From: Octopus vulgaris
Taxonomy: Eukaryota
NCBI GenBank assembly: GCA_951406725.2
Contig: OX597818.1
Coordinates: 85,622,001 to 85,686,000 of the forward strand
DNA length: 64,000 nucleotides
Reading direction: 5' to 3'
Both the position numbers and the translations under genes were made by a program. Below are positions 1 through 14,285 of the stretch, in pieces; positions within the stretch are counted from its first letter, which is position 1, and every line of letters starts with the position of its first letter. The notes beneath the pieces are model-generated. The model was not told the origin of the DNA. It ran no database searches and was given only the letters and a program-made list of their open reading frames with translations.

Positions 1-46
1 TACATATACATTATATGAAATTATATATATACATATATATTCATGC

Positions 47-77
<31 letters not shown>

Positions 78-759
78 TATACATACATAAAATATTATAT
101 ATACACACACACACACATATACATACATAAAATATTATATATAGACAGTAATACATGCATATCTTAAATTCAATCTTTTTACATACTCCAACCTGCTCAG
201 GATTAAAAAAAAAATATTATTATTATTGACTGTTTTTTTCTTTTTTTTTTTCTTTTTGTGCCTCTCTCAACTCGTTTGCTCATGCAAATATCATTGTTTA
301 TGCAATGTTTACATTCACAGATATTTGATGATAAAACAACTATTCGGAACTCTTGCACTTTATCATGTCTCATATGTACTAAACATGATTTTGTAGTTGT
401 TTTTCCAATTTGGGGTGGTTTGTTGTTACTTTTTTTTTGTTTTTAATTTTCTTCCAAAATGTTGTATATGCTTAGTTCCAAACAGTTTTTGCATCAATTG
501 AAATATTTCAAGACACACACACACACACATATGTTGTATGTACACACTTGTGCAACTGTGTACATATAATATCTATATGCAATTATGTGCATCATATGTA
601 TATAGTTGTTTGTGGTTTTGTGTGTGTGTGTATAATATATATACAGCTATATATAGCTAGCTAGCTAGATACATGTATACACATAATCATGAATATAGTT
701 ACTACATATTTGAGATCATATATATACATTCACACACACAAGCCTCCTATGCCTGCACA

Positions 760-1210
760 CTTATGCAACAAATTCCCTTGCAAAGCTTTAGCCAGCTTGG
801 GGTTATAGCCACCTAAGGGAACTGTACCCAAAACCATGTCTTTGGGAAGCAAACTTTTTAACTACACAGCCATGCTTATATATGTGTATGTTTGTGTATG
901 CATCTTTTATTTTTCACTTGTTTCAGTCATTAGACAGCCGCCATGTTGGGGCACTATCTCAAAGGAATCGACCCCAGTACTTATTTTTCTCTAAGCCTGG
1001 TATTTATTCTATCAGTCTCTTTTGCTGAACTGCTAAGTTACATAAACAAGACATCACCAGTTGTCATGCAGTTGTGGAGGATAAACATAGACATATATAT
1101 ATATATATATATATATACACAATGGCCTTCATTCAGTTTCCATCTGCCAAATCCACTGACAAAGCTTTGATCATTCAGAGGCTATAGTAGAAGACACTTG
1201 CTCAAGGTAT
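760..1210 (-). mobile_element. Two SINE family A pieces
   Basis: gggaagcaaactttttaactacacagccatgc; ttttcacttgtttcagtcatt...agaagacacttgctcaagg. Confidence 0.75.
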
Positions 1211-1219
1211 CATGCATGC

Positions 1220-1279
<60 letters not shown>

Positions 1280-1398
1280 CAACAATGGACTATAATAACT
1301 GTTGTAATTTAATCATCCATAGTCTGATATAATATTTCAGAATACCAAAATTCCTTCTTCATATATCCCTAGGAATTGATCAAGTCACTGCTATAATT

Positions 1399-1436
<38 letters not shown>

Positions 1437-2037
1437 TGCATTTCTCTCTTTCTCTCTCTCTCTCTCTATCTCTCTCTGTATATATATACATACATACACA
1501 CACACACACATACGTACATGTGTAAATATATACTCCTCTTCAGTCACCTGTTTCCACTCATTTCTACTCATCTTGTGTCTTGAGGGTTCAACATACCATC
1601 TCATCCCTGTTATTTTTATTCCAGTCCAGCTCCGCATCAGTTATTCCTTTCCCACCTCCTATAATGCATGTAGCCGTGTAAGCTCCTCTACTGCAAGATC
1701 TGCTCTCTTCACTCATATTTTCAACTAATCATCTCCTAGCATAAAATCACCTCCCTCTTCATTGTGGCAGTGCTCATTTGAAGATCTTTGCCTCATAAGC
1801 TGCATGGGTAACCTCCCCTGTTCTGGTGCCTTAAACAAAGCACCTAGCACACACCGTTAAATGATTGGCCTTAAGAGCATCCAGCCATAGAAATCATGCC
1901 AAATTCAGATACTGCAGCATGATGCAGTCCTTGGATCTATCAGATTATGATGATGAACTACACACAAAGCTACTAGAGAGAGAGAGAGAGAGAGAGAGAG
2001 AATACTATCTAGATTCACCCACACACATATGCATAAG

Positions 2038-2082
<45 letters not shown>

Positions 2083-3706
2083 GTGTGTGTGCTTCTGTGC
2101 ATATTTACCTTCATATGTAAACATATACATGTATGTATGTTTATATGCATATGTACACCCATGGACACACACATATGCTTGTGTGTGTGTGTGTGTGTGT
2201 GTAAAGGGAGAGATACTTAGAAAAATATAAATGTGTATATAAATATACTTGTTTATACCTATGTGTACTTAGCTTGTTTACATTTTGCATCCCCCCTCTC
2301 AACCTACCGAATCCATTCTCCTCACCTTCACACCCTAGCGAATTTTTATCGCAGACTTTCATCATGAAAACCAAACATTTAGATGGAATCAGAATATGTA
2401 ATAGAAGGAAAGCATAAAAAACAAAAACAAACTTAATCACACACGCACACAAATACATACATGCATACATACATACATATACTCGTGTTTGTATGTCAGA
2501 AGCCAAAACTGATAGTTTATATATATTTAACATGTTTGTAACCCAAAACTGTTCTGTTTTCCTTTATGTATCAACTCGGAAGTCTAACTTAATATATTTT
2601 ATGTATTTATTCTTAATCATCATCATTTTAACATCCACTTTTCCAAGCTTGCATGGGTCAGAGTGAGTGTTTACTGAGGCAGTTTTTGACAGCTGGATGC
2701 TCTCCCTATCACTGACCCTCACTTGTTCCCAAGCAAGGTAATAGTTTCCCATGGCCAGGCATGTTTCACAGAAGACTGGAAACTAACAACATCACTGGTA
2801 TGATGGTGATGGATGTTTACAACCATCTTGTGCACATTTGTGTGTAGATTCTCTCACACACATTCACACACACCTACGCGCGTGCGTGTGTGTGTTTGTG
2901 TGGCTTTTTTTCAGCTTTTCTCTATCAAATCCATTCAGAATGATTTTGTTGGCCCGAAGCCATGGTGCAAGACACTTAACCAAGGTGTATATACACATGT
3001 ATAATTTCATTTGCGTATTAAGTATGCAGTTTAATCTACGAAGCTCACACACAGGCAGTATTCCAGGTATATATATGTGTGTTGGCGACACATAAAAAGT
3101 ACTAGGTACACTGTTGAGCAGTTGGCAAAGGGAAAGGTTTCCAGCCATAGAAACCATGCCAAAACAGACTGGAATCTGGTGCATCTCTCTGGCTTACGTG
3201 TTACGATCAAACCATCTAACCCATGCCTGCATGGAAAACAGATGGTAAATGATGTCAATGATAATGATAGTAATATATATATATTTATGTATATATATCC
3301 TATATCTTTTACTTGTTTTAGTCATCAGACTGTGGCTATGCTGTGGCATCACCTTAAGGAATCATAGTCATACAAATCAAACCCTAGCCCTTATTATTCT
3401 TTGTAAAGCCTGGTACATATTCCGTCAGTCTGTTTTACCAAACCATTAAGTTACTGGAATGTAAACACACCAATACTGGTTGCCAAGCAGTAAGCAGGAA
3501 CAAACAACAATACACAGACATATATATGTATGTATGTATGTATATATATCTATGTATGTATATATATGTATGTGTACATATATATGTATGTATATATATA
3601 TATGTATGTATGTATGTATGTATATATATATGTATGTATGTATGTATGTATATATATGTATATCTATATATGTATGTATATATATATATGTATGTATATA
3701 TATGTG

Positions 3707-3737
<31 letters not shown>

Positions 3738-3744
3738 ATACATA

Positions 3745-4055
3745 CATCATCATCATCGTTTAACGTCCCCTTTCCATGCTAGCATGGGTTGGACTGTTCA
3801 ACTGGGGTCTGGGAAGCCCGAAGGCTGCACCAGGCCAGTCAGATCTGGCAGTGTTTCTACAGCTGGATGCCCTTCCTAATGCCAACCATTCCGTGAGTGT
3901 AGTGGGTACTTTTTACGTGCCGCCGACACAGGTGCCAGACGAGGCTGGCGAACGGCCATGCTCGGATGGTGCTTTTTACATGCCACCGGTACGGAGGCCA
4001 GGCGAGGCTGGCAACGGCCACGATCAGATGGTGTTTGTTATGTGCCACCAGCATG
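3745..4055 (-). mobile_element. SINE family C ((GAT)n tail, probably RTE-mobilised), CpG-rich copy with ~57-bp internal tandem units
   Basis: catcatcatcatcgtttaacgtcc...ccatgctagcatgggttgga...gctggatgcccttcctaatgccaacc; units 3910-4055. Confidence 0.8.
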
Positions 4056-4789
4056 GATATATATATATATATATACACATACACAATAGTCTTCTTTCAG
4101 TTTCCATCTACCAAATTCCCCCATCGAAGGCTTTTGGTATAAATGTTTCTGACATAATATATACGCTAGCTATAACACATATGGTATAGGAACAGATTAG
4201 TAGCAGATGTTAACATATTAAAACTGTATCATCATAATAGATACCATACAATATTACTTACATATATATGATAGGGATATAGCTTAGCGGTTGTTATATA
4301 ATGGCAACAATGTAATTAATGAACACAATGACGACATAGCTGTGTTTCCAACATTTTCCAATTTGCTATGTCAAAAACATAATGTTCTTTAATTCCCCTC
4401 TTGTTTCTGTTCACCACAGACCAAACTACCACCACCACTGTCATCACCACCATTAGTTTTATTATTATTGTTGTTGTTATTTGTTTCTCCGAGTCACCAT
4501 ATGGCCATTCAGCTATCCACTCTTCTCCACTCAACTCTGAAGATGAAAGGTGATCCTGGCCATTCCTAGCTAAATGATTCTCTGCAAACTTTGTTTTCTT
4601 TTTCATCTCCTTTTATCTCGTTTATTTGATTTCTTTGTTGTTCTTTTTTTTTACTGTTTTTAAGCTGCTATTTTTTGTTTGTGTTTTTGTTTCTTATGTC
4701 TCTTTATATTGTTGTGTGTATGTATTTTGGTAGTCATTCTTAAATTTTTTGATGTCATCATTAACATGGTCTTCAAAATAACTATTGAC

Positions 4790-5800
4790 ATAGCCACCAG
4801 CAGTATCACCATTGTCACCATCACCACCACCATTTTCATCATCATCATCATCATCATCATCTTCAGCAGCAGCATCACCATCATCGCTATCATCTTCATG
4901 ATCACTCTCATCACCTTTGTCATCATCTTCATTCTCATGACCATCTTCATCATCATTCTCATCATCAACACCATCACCACCATCATCTTCACATCATTAC
5001 CATCATAATCACCATCAATGTCATCATCATTGTCACTATCATCATCATCACCACTGTACTGCTCTTCCTCTTCTTATCCTCGTTTTCGTTATCTTCATCA
5101 ACTTAGACATTGTCAGCATCATCATTTAATGGTGTTACAGATAAGGCACATGGCAGTCAGGCATCATCTGGGTATGTCTGTCTACTGCAGCTGTCCACCA
5201 CCTCAAAACCACCACCAACACCACCTCCAACAACAACAGCATTTAGTGTATGTATATCTAGATGCACAGCAAGGTAGGGGGGGAGGTTGAAGGTTAGACA
5301 ATTTTCAAATGCATTCTTTGTTTTTCATCACCTCCATTGTTTCAATGACAACAACACAGATAATAAACAAACAATAAGGAAGAATTGGGAATCAAATAAT
5401 TATGATGATAACAACAAAAATAATTCCTCTATGACAACCATCATCATCATATTCACTTTCATCATCATTGTCATCATCACCACCACCACCATTATCATCA
5501 TCACCATCACCTTCACCACTTATTTTCATCACCACTATCATCACTATCACCATCATCACTACCATTATCATTGTTGTTGTTGTCATCATCACTACCATCA
5601 TTGTTGTCATCACCAGCACCACCATCACAACTGTCATTACCATTCTACCACCAACAATACCACATCACCACAAACTCATCCCCCAATCATCATCACAGCC
5701 TCTCTTTACCCCCCACCTCACTACCACCATCACCATTGTGGATTCCCCCACCTCCACTCCCACAACCATCACAACTATTAACCACCATACCACCTCAAGC
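4790..5800. repeat. Degenerate (CAT/CAC)n trinucleotide field
   Basis: Direct reading; source of the His/Ile/Met-rich pseudo-ORFs. Confidence 0.9.
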
Positions 5801-6525
5801 GTTGCCATTATTGCTGCCATTAGGGAAATATTCTAAGCCTTCTAGCCTTAGTTCTTGGTTTAGCTTCTGTCCCAATCCCCACCTGCCCATCTATCTTCAC
5901 TGCAAGCTACTCCAGTCCTTACATAACAACAGCCCTCACCTCCCTAGACAATGTTAACCAATCCCTAATCATCAGGACTCCCTTCGATATTTGCAGTTCC
6001 CTAATCTCCTTCCCACCTACTAATGCTTGGTAAGCTTTCATAATTTATGCAATATAATAGGGTGGGTCCTCATTTATTTATTCATATATTTTATTGCAGC
6101 CTAGAGTCTTGAATGTGTCTATATTATATAAGCATATACATTTGTATGTGTATATGTGTGTATGGACACACACACACACAATCAGCAGAAGTTAAAGAGT
6201 GACTCAAGGGTTAGGAGTTTTGTGCATAAGCACTTTATATACACACAGACATGTGAGTGGTCTCCCTTGCCTGTATATGTGAGAGTATGCATATGTGGGA
6301 TGGCTATCCATGTATATGTATCTATGAATGTGTGTTTATAGTTTAGTGTACTAAATATGTATATTAATAGACTTGTATATCCACAAATATACTTTTGTTT
6401 GCATAAACATGTATGTGTATGAATATGAGTGTGTGTGTGTGTATGCATGCTTATATACATATGTCTCGATACAAACATACAAGCATGTATGTACATAGAT
6501 ATATATATTATTGTGTGTGTGTTTG

Positions 6526-6556
<31 letters not shown>

Positions 6557-6669
6557 ATTTATATGTATGTGGGAATACATATGTGTATGCCTATTTGTGT
6601 GTTTATGTATATATCTAACCCATGCCAGTATGTCAACGAATGTTAAATAAAGATGATGATTTTTGTACC

Positions 6670-6704
<35 letters not shown>

Positions 6705-7272
6705 CGGTGTGTATGTGTTTATATGTATGCATACATGTGTACCTACATTAGATAGATAAATAAATATATTACAACAGACACGTGCCATACGTGCTGCACT
6801 TAAGGTCTGCAACTATCCATCCATCATTCTCTACCAGGTGTCAGCCCTGATCCTAACTGAATGCACTGGAGTGTGTGTGTGTGGGGGGGGTGTTGTGGAG
6901 GGTTGGTTGTGGGCAAGAATGACATTGACATTAGACAGTGATGGAAGCAGATCAAACAAACCAAACTGCATTTCTCTTTAAATGTGACACTTCTGCGTTC
7001 CATTGTCTCTCTCAAAGCCTTCTATTGTCTGCCCTTGTACATCTCTTGGCCTTCAATTGCATCCATGCTTCCATGCTGTGCATCATCATCGTCTCTCTGT
7101 CTGTGCCTGTCTATTGTTTAACATTCAAGTAATCTCTCTCAATCTCTCTGTCTTTCTGTATCTAGTTGTCTGTCTGTCTTTTCTCCCTCACTCTCTCCCT
7201 ATATATATATACACGCACACATGCTAATATCTGTCTATATGTCTGTCTGTCTGTTTATATATATATCTATCT

Positions 7273-7329
<57 letters not shown>

Positions 7330-8734
7330 ATATGTATATGTACATCTCTGTCTCTCAATGTATCTATGTTTATCTCTCCACCCCCCACCATTTATTTATC
7401 CGTACATCTATCTGTATTCCCATCCATCTTCTCTATCAGTCTCTATACCTCTCAGTCTGTATTACATCTACCTACCTGCATCTCCCCTCTATCAGCTATA
7501 TATCTTCTTTATACATATATGGTCTGTATGTCTTAAGTTCCTACTGAAACAAAGGAATTGCATTAAAAGTTTCCAAAGAAAACATAAACAAAGGAGGTAT
7601 CATATCACATCTGTAATATGATCCACTCCACCTCTCATCTCTGCACATTCACATGCACAACTTAATCCTACACAAATGATTGCATGCATGCACTGAAGCA
7701 TGCATGCATATAGAAAGAAGCACATGATCATATTCAATGATACATATATTTGCACACATGCTGATAATTGCATACATTTGCAAGCGGCACATAAAAACTC
7801 CATTTATGAAAACAAGTGCACACTTGCCAGCATTTACAGATAGATATTAACATTCACAGACACACATGCACACATATGTGCTCACATACTTGCTTTTATG
7901 ACTACCTCTCCCCTACAATTCATTCTGCTTTTGTTCTATCTCCTACTCCTTATTTGTCCCCTTCTAATTAAATTATTCTTTATGTCACTAGTTATTTTAC
8001 GTGACCTCTCTGGCTCCTGCAAGGGGACCATTAGACCACACCACACTACCAAAGTGCCACTCTATATATAAACACAAGTCTGCTGCAGTATATTCTTGAT
8101 GATCAGAAGTAGGGAGGACTCTATTTTATGCCAGGCACAAATTTTTGCCTAAGAGCCTATGGAGATGCATATGTGCTGATAAAAATAAGGAATTTATGCA
8201 GTGTATATTAAATAGATAAATAATTCAAGAGGCAGGCATGGCTGTGTGGTTAAGAAGCTCTCACTATTTGGAAGCTTATGACCTGCATTTTACGTGTGTG
8301 TGTGTGTGTGTGTGTGTGGCATGAAGGCACATGGCTCAGTGGTTAGAGTGTAGGGCTTACAAACATGAGGTTGTGAGTTCCATTCCCAAACTGGTTTCTG
8401 TATTGTGTTCTTGAGCAAGTCACTTTATTTCACATTGCTCCAGTTCACTCAGCTGTAAAAAGGAATTGCGATGTTTACTTTTCCTTGCTTGGGTTAGGTG
8501 GAAATTGTTGAGGTAGATTTCCTTCAACTGGATGCCTTTCCTGTTACTAACCCTTGCCTGTTACCAAGCGAGGTGTTTTCATCATCACAACTAGTCATGG
8601 TGATTGAAAATGGACACCATCTGCATGAAAGTGGCACTCATTTAAAACATGAAACCAAGGCCACACACTCACACATACATACAAGCTTACATACATATAT
8701 ACATACACAAACACACACAGACACACATATATAT

Positions 8735-9115
8735 ATATTTTCTTTTATTTGTTTCAGTCATTTGACTGTGATCATGCTGGAGCACCGCCTTTAGTCAAAT
8801 AAATCAACCCCAGGACTTATTCTTTGTAAGCTTAGTACTGTTGTTATCGGTCTCTTTTACCAAACTGCTAAGTTACAGGGACATAAACACATCAACATCA
8901 TTTGTCAAGCGATGGTGGGGTACAAACACAGACCCACATGCATACATACATACATACATATATACTATAGGCTTCTTTCAGTTTCCGTCTACCAAATTCA
9001 CTCGCACAGTTTTGGTCCGAGGCTATAGTAGAAGACACTTGCCCAAGGTGCCATGCAGTGGGACTAAACCTAGCACTATGTGGTTAGTAAGCAGGCTATT
9101 TACCACACAGCTGCT
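8735..9115 (-). mobile_element. SINE family A (plus a second head fragment ~9140-9265)
   Basis: Reverse complement of the family A motifs. Confidence 0.85.
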
Positions 9116-9599
9116 CCTATATATATACACATACTTTTATATGATGGGCTTATTTCAGTTTCCATTTCTGGAATCCACTCACAAGGCTTTGGAGGTGTCA
9201 TGCACTGACACTGAACCTGTGACCCATGTGGTTGGGAAGCAAACTTCTTACTACACAACCACACTGCACCTAAATATAATATAATTCCTATGAATATATA
9301 ATTCCTATCACTACCTTTTACCATTTTACAATTAAAGGAAAACCTCCTAAAACAGATAGAATTCAAATATGTTATTTACCGAGAATGTGGCATAATTTCA
9401 AAGAGCCTGAAGAAAAAGTATGTTTATCATTCTTAGATTATTAATCTCATCTTTTGTACATGTTTGCGCCTTATTTTCAATCAGGTTGTTTACTGGCCAT
9501 CTTTAGATGCTTGACAAGTTTTACATATAAACCGATTAGGCCAGATTTGAACTCAGCTTTTCGTTAAGAGGAAACTGAATCTTTCAATTTATTTAAATT

Positions 9600-9824
9600 T
9601 CCATGCATCCAGCCAGCCATCTACCAGCCTATATATTAATCTGTCTCTCTATCTGGTTGCCTGTCTGACTGTCTCCCTCTTTCCACCTATCTATCCATTA
9701 ATCTGTTTGTCCATTATTTATTCATTTTTCCATCCATCTATCCATCCATTTGTTTGTTCACTCATCCATCCATCTACCTATCTAATTTTCCTTTCACTTA
9801 TCTCTCTATCTGTCTACTGATCTA

Positions 9825-9856
<32 letters not shown>

Positions 9857-9862
9857 TTTATC

Positions 9863-9896
<34 letters not shown>

Positions 9897-10150
9897 ATTC
9901 CACCTATATATTCATCTGTCCTTCTGTCTATCTTTCCTTACATCCTACTATCCAATCATCCATCCATCTTGCTATCTATCTGTCCATCTATCTATCCATC
10001 CATCCATCTTTCTATCTCTCTATGTATCTGTTTGTCTGCATGTCTACCCATCCATCCATTTAGCCATCCATCTGTCTATCCAACCATCCATTTCCATATA
10101 TCTTACAATCCATCCATTCATTCATTCATGCATCTATTTATGTCTGTCTG
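9600..10150. repeat. (TATC/CATC)n field
   Basis: Direct reading. Confidence 0.9.
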
Positions 10151-10616
10151 TTTGACTGCTTATACACACCACTCATCCATTGCCTCTTGCTTCTCTGTCC
10201 CTTTATCTCAAGCTCATATCCAGTGGTTAAGGAACAAAAGATCTAATGATTGAAGTAGTTGTAAAAAAGCAAAAACAAAAACAAAACCAATTACAGTTTG
10301 ACACCTCCCTCCATTAAGAAACAGATATTCGAGAGAAACCAACTAAACACCAAGCGTTCACCTTATTCTTTCTCTATGCTCCTTTCTCTCATTCTATCTA
10401 TCTCTAGCCTTATCTCTCCATCCATCCATTTGTCTATCTTTGTTTGTTTGTTTGTTTGTCTCTCTCTCCCTCTTTCTCTGTCTTATTCCCTCTTTTCTCT
10501 TTTTATCTCTAATCCTCCCTCTCTCTCTATTTGTCACTATCTCTCACTCTATCTCTACCTTTATCTGTATACCATTTAATCCCTAATTTTGTCTATCTAT
10601 CTATCTATCTCTCATT

Positions 10617-10619
<3 letters not shown>

Positions 10620-10699
<80 letters not shown>
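10620..10699. repeat. Pure (CT)n microsatellite, ~80 bp
   Basis: Direct reading. Confidence 0.95.
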
Positions 10700-10703
<4 letters not shown>

Positions 10704-12591
10704 GTTTGCTATATGAATCAAGCTATCCCAACATTCCACTTAAACTCAGGGACTCCCAGGGACTGCCTTCTCTTCTGACATGCACATTACTTAAAACAAG
10801 TTGGATTTATTAGTACCAAAGTAACATTAAGGTGTTGAATGAGAGTAGGAGGAGGGAGCTTTAATGGATACCATGATGGTAGGGGGCAATGGTATACTGA
10901 AGATGAAAGGTAGAGTAGTGGTGGTGGCGGTGGTGGTGGTGGCGGCGGCAGTGGTGGTAGTGATGATAGGTGGATTCTGCCTTTTTTTTTGTATTTTGGT
11001 TGCTAGCTATAAGGACAAATATGAAGGAAGGCACAATAATAATAGTTGCAAGTTGAGTAAATATATTAGTGTGTAAGCCTTTGTGCATGTACCTGTGTGT
11101 GTATGTATGTGGAGGGGTGTTTATATGAAAGTATATACATGTATTATGCATATAAATGTAAGTTGTGTGCATGTTTGTATGCCTGTATATGTATGTGTTA
11201 CATGTGCACCGAAGTATGTGTTTGTGTTTGTATGAATGTGTATGCATGTGCATGTCAATGAATGTGTATGCGCATGCATGTGTATTTAAGTACATATTTG
11301 TATGTGTTTATGTGAATGTGTTTGCATATGAGTTATACATGCATGCAGGCATATGTTTGTGTGTTTGTATACCTGTGTATGACAATGTATTTTACATACA
11401 TCTAAGTATATGTTTGTGTGTGTTTATATGAATATGTTTGCATATGAATTATATATGCATGTAAGTATGTTAGTGTGTGTGTTTGTATGCATGTGTATGT
11501 ATGTGTGTTATAAAAATACATTAAATGTACATGTTTATGTGTATGCATATTTATTCATACATGTGCGTGTTTGTGGGTGTGTTAGTATATTTGCATACAT
11601 ATGCGTATACAATATATATCTGTTTCTGTGTGTTTGTAGATTTGTATGTGCATGTGTTATTACCTGTTTGTGTTTATAAGTATGTGTATGTTTATGCATT
11701 ATACATTGCATTTAAGTGTATGTTTGTGTGCATATGTATGTATATGTTGTTGTATTTGTATGCTTGTGTAAATATGTTGTTTAAACTTGTGTTTGTTGGT
11801 GTGTATATGTGTGTGTGTGAATGCAGGTATATGTATATCTGTGTATGCATATGTGTTATCCAAGCTTGTGAGTGTATGTGTATGCATTTATATTATTAAT
11901 GCATATAATTCCATCTTTACGTTCTGCATTCAGAATTCACCAGGGTTGACTGTGCCTTTCATCCTTTTGGGGTCTATAAAATAAGTACCTGTTGAACACT
12001 GGGGTTGATGTAATCAACTCATCCCCTTCTACCAACATGGCTGTGCTTGTGCCAATATTTGAAACCATTATTATTGCATATATTTGTGAGTGGGGCAGTG
12101 TACATAATGTATACACACACACACACACACATATGTTTGTCTGTGAGACAGAGAGAGAGAGTGGGCTGCATTAGTGGCTATGAGTGCATATTTACCTATG
12201 AATATATGCATGAGTGTGTGTGTGTGTATTTGTATGAATGACTCTTTGTAACCATGGAATTTACAAAAGAACAACAACAACAAAAATAAACAATTGTATA
12301 AAAGACTAATCAATAGTGTTTTTGGATTAAGAAACTTAGCCATAGGTGTGGCTGTGTGGTAAGAAGCTTGCTTCCCAACCACATGGTTCCAGGTTCAGTT
12401 CCACTGTATGGTACCTTAGGCAAGTCACTTCTACTATAGCATTGGGCTGACCAAAACTTTGTGAATCAATTTAATAGAAAGAAACTGAGAGAATATATAC
12501 AAAGCATATACATTAAGTATATGTAGTTAATAATATCTATTATACTAGAGCTGGTGTTATTTTTTGTATATGTGTGTTTATATATATATAT

Positions 12592-12628
<37 letters not shown>

Positions 12629-12699
12629 AATATACACATGCATATACTAGTAATGTCATAAGAATTTATAAACTTTCAAGAGAATGTGGAATAATTCTT

Positions 12700-12760
12700 C
12701 TCTAGAATGCCCATCAGGTCTTCAGAAGATGTGGGTTCGAGTTCCATCAGAAGCCTTTGT
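12700..12760 (+). mobile_element. tRNA-like SINE head of a distinct family
   Basis: ctagaatgccc...agatgtgggttcgagttcc contains a B-box (GGTTCGAnnCC-like); no complete cloverleaf. Confidence 0.35.
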
Positions 12761-13619
12761 CTTCTACTACCCATGTATTTACATGCTATTATTTATGGCT
12801 TTACATGTTACTTCAAGAACCAATTCTGGAAAAGAATTGTATGTGTGCATCTTTGTGTTTGTGCAAGAATATCATCAGTGTCAACTGGTCAGTGAGGACA
12901 GTTCTTTCGTTGACAGTTGAAAGCAGGAAATGATAATGATGTTAACCATTCAATTATTATATTAAGCTGTACATGTGATAACTTCATGGAAAACATAAAA
13001 AATGTAAGCATCTGTAAATTGTGTGCTGGAACCATGAAAAATGTTTCTATATTGTGACAGTTAAAGGTGGCCAGCTGGCAGAAATGTTAGCACACTGGGC
13101 AAAATGCTTAGTAGTATTTCGTCTGTTTTTATATTCTGAGTTCAAATTCTGCCACGGTCAAAGACTTAGCATGTTATCTGGTGTATGGCTGAATTCAAAT
13201 GGGTTGAAGACCTAAAACAAATGTGTGTGTGAATTTCAATCATAGAAAGGAGTTCAAATACCTATCAGCGACTTCAAAAAGACAGTTTCATGCCATCATT
13301 TCTCTCTCTCTCTCCCTCACTCGCTCCCTCTCTCTTTCTGTCTCATTTCCTCTCTACTTTGCTAGACACACACATCAAATTTAAGTATCTTAATTTTCTC
13401 ATTAAGATCGTTGCTGCTTCAGTGGCCCAGTAGGTATGGATGTTGAGAAGCAGTGATTCTACACATAGGTGGTGGTTTCAAATCTCTTCCAAAAATAACA
13501 AGAGATCTATTTTAAAAATTTTATTTAAGCAACAAAATTTCTTTCAACAATTTCTTTCTCCTAAGCATGACACACGTGTCAGGTACGTGGTGATAACAGG
13601 CAGATAAAGATTGTAATTA

Positions 13620-14285
13620 CAATTCTTTATACTACAGGCACATGGCTTGAAATTTTGGGGAGGGAGATAATCAATTGCATTATCCCCAGTACTGGTACTT
13701 AATTCATTGACCCCAAAAGGATGGAAAGCAAATTTGGCATTGGTGGAATTTGTATTCAGATCATTACCATGAATGAAATGCCACTCAGCATTTTACCTTG
13801 GTGCTAATGATTCTGCCTACTTCCTGCCTTATAATAATAATAATAATCCTTTCTACTATAGGCACAAACACTGAAACTTTGGGGGAGGGGTAAGTTGATT
13901 GCATGAAGCCCAGTACTCAATTACTACTTGTTTTATTGACCCCTAAAGGATAAAAGGTTAAGTTGACCTCAGCAGAATTTGAACTCAGAACATACAGACA
14001 GACGAAATGTCACTAAGCATTTTAAGCTCAGCCTGCTAACAATTTCGCCAGCCCCCTACTTTATAATAATCCTTTCTACTATAGACACAAGCTCTGAAAT
14101 TTTGAGGGAGGGGATTAGTTGATTATGTTGACTCCAGTGTTTCACTAGTACTGAATTTTATCAATCCCAAAAGGATGAAAGGCAAAGTCGACCCTAGTGG
14201 AATTTGAACTCAGAATGTAGCAAGAAACGAAATACTGCTAAGCATTTCGCCAGCTCGCCGCCTTCCCTGCATTATAATAATAACA
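13620..14285 (-). mobile_element. Three head-to-tail SINE family B copies (tRNA head, Nin-domain-like core, (ATT)n tail)
   Basis: Reverse complement of ggcgagctggc...gagttcaaattcc...gcctttcatccttt.ggggtc.ataaaataagtacc...tagtagaaaggattattatt; the core resembles the Nin domain of invertebrate Nin-DC SINEs as I recall it. Confidence 0.8.

Noticed and set aside
1555-1745. Possible RTE LINE 3' remnant on the - strand
   Set aside because: Only vague similarity with multiple stops; cannot be supported by eye.
4660-5957. His/Ile/Met/Ser-rich ORFs up to 164 aa
   Set aside because: Products of degenerate (CAT/CAC)n repeats, open in several frames on both strands, with no splice or domain support.
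12700-12760. tRNA gene
   Set aside because: B-box present but no acceptor or anticodon stems; SINE A, B and D heads are likewise only tRNA-derived.
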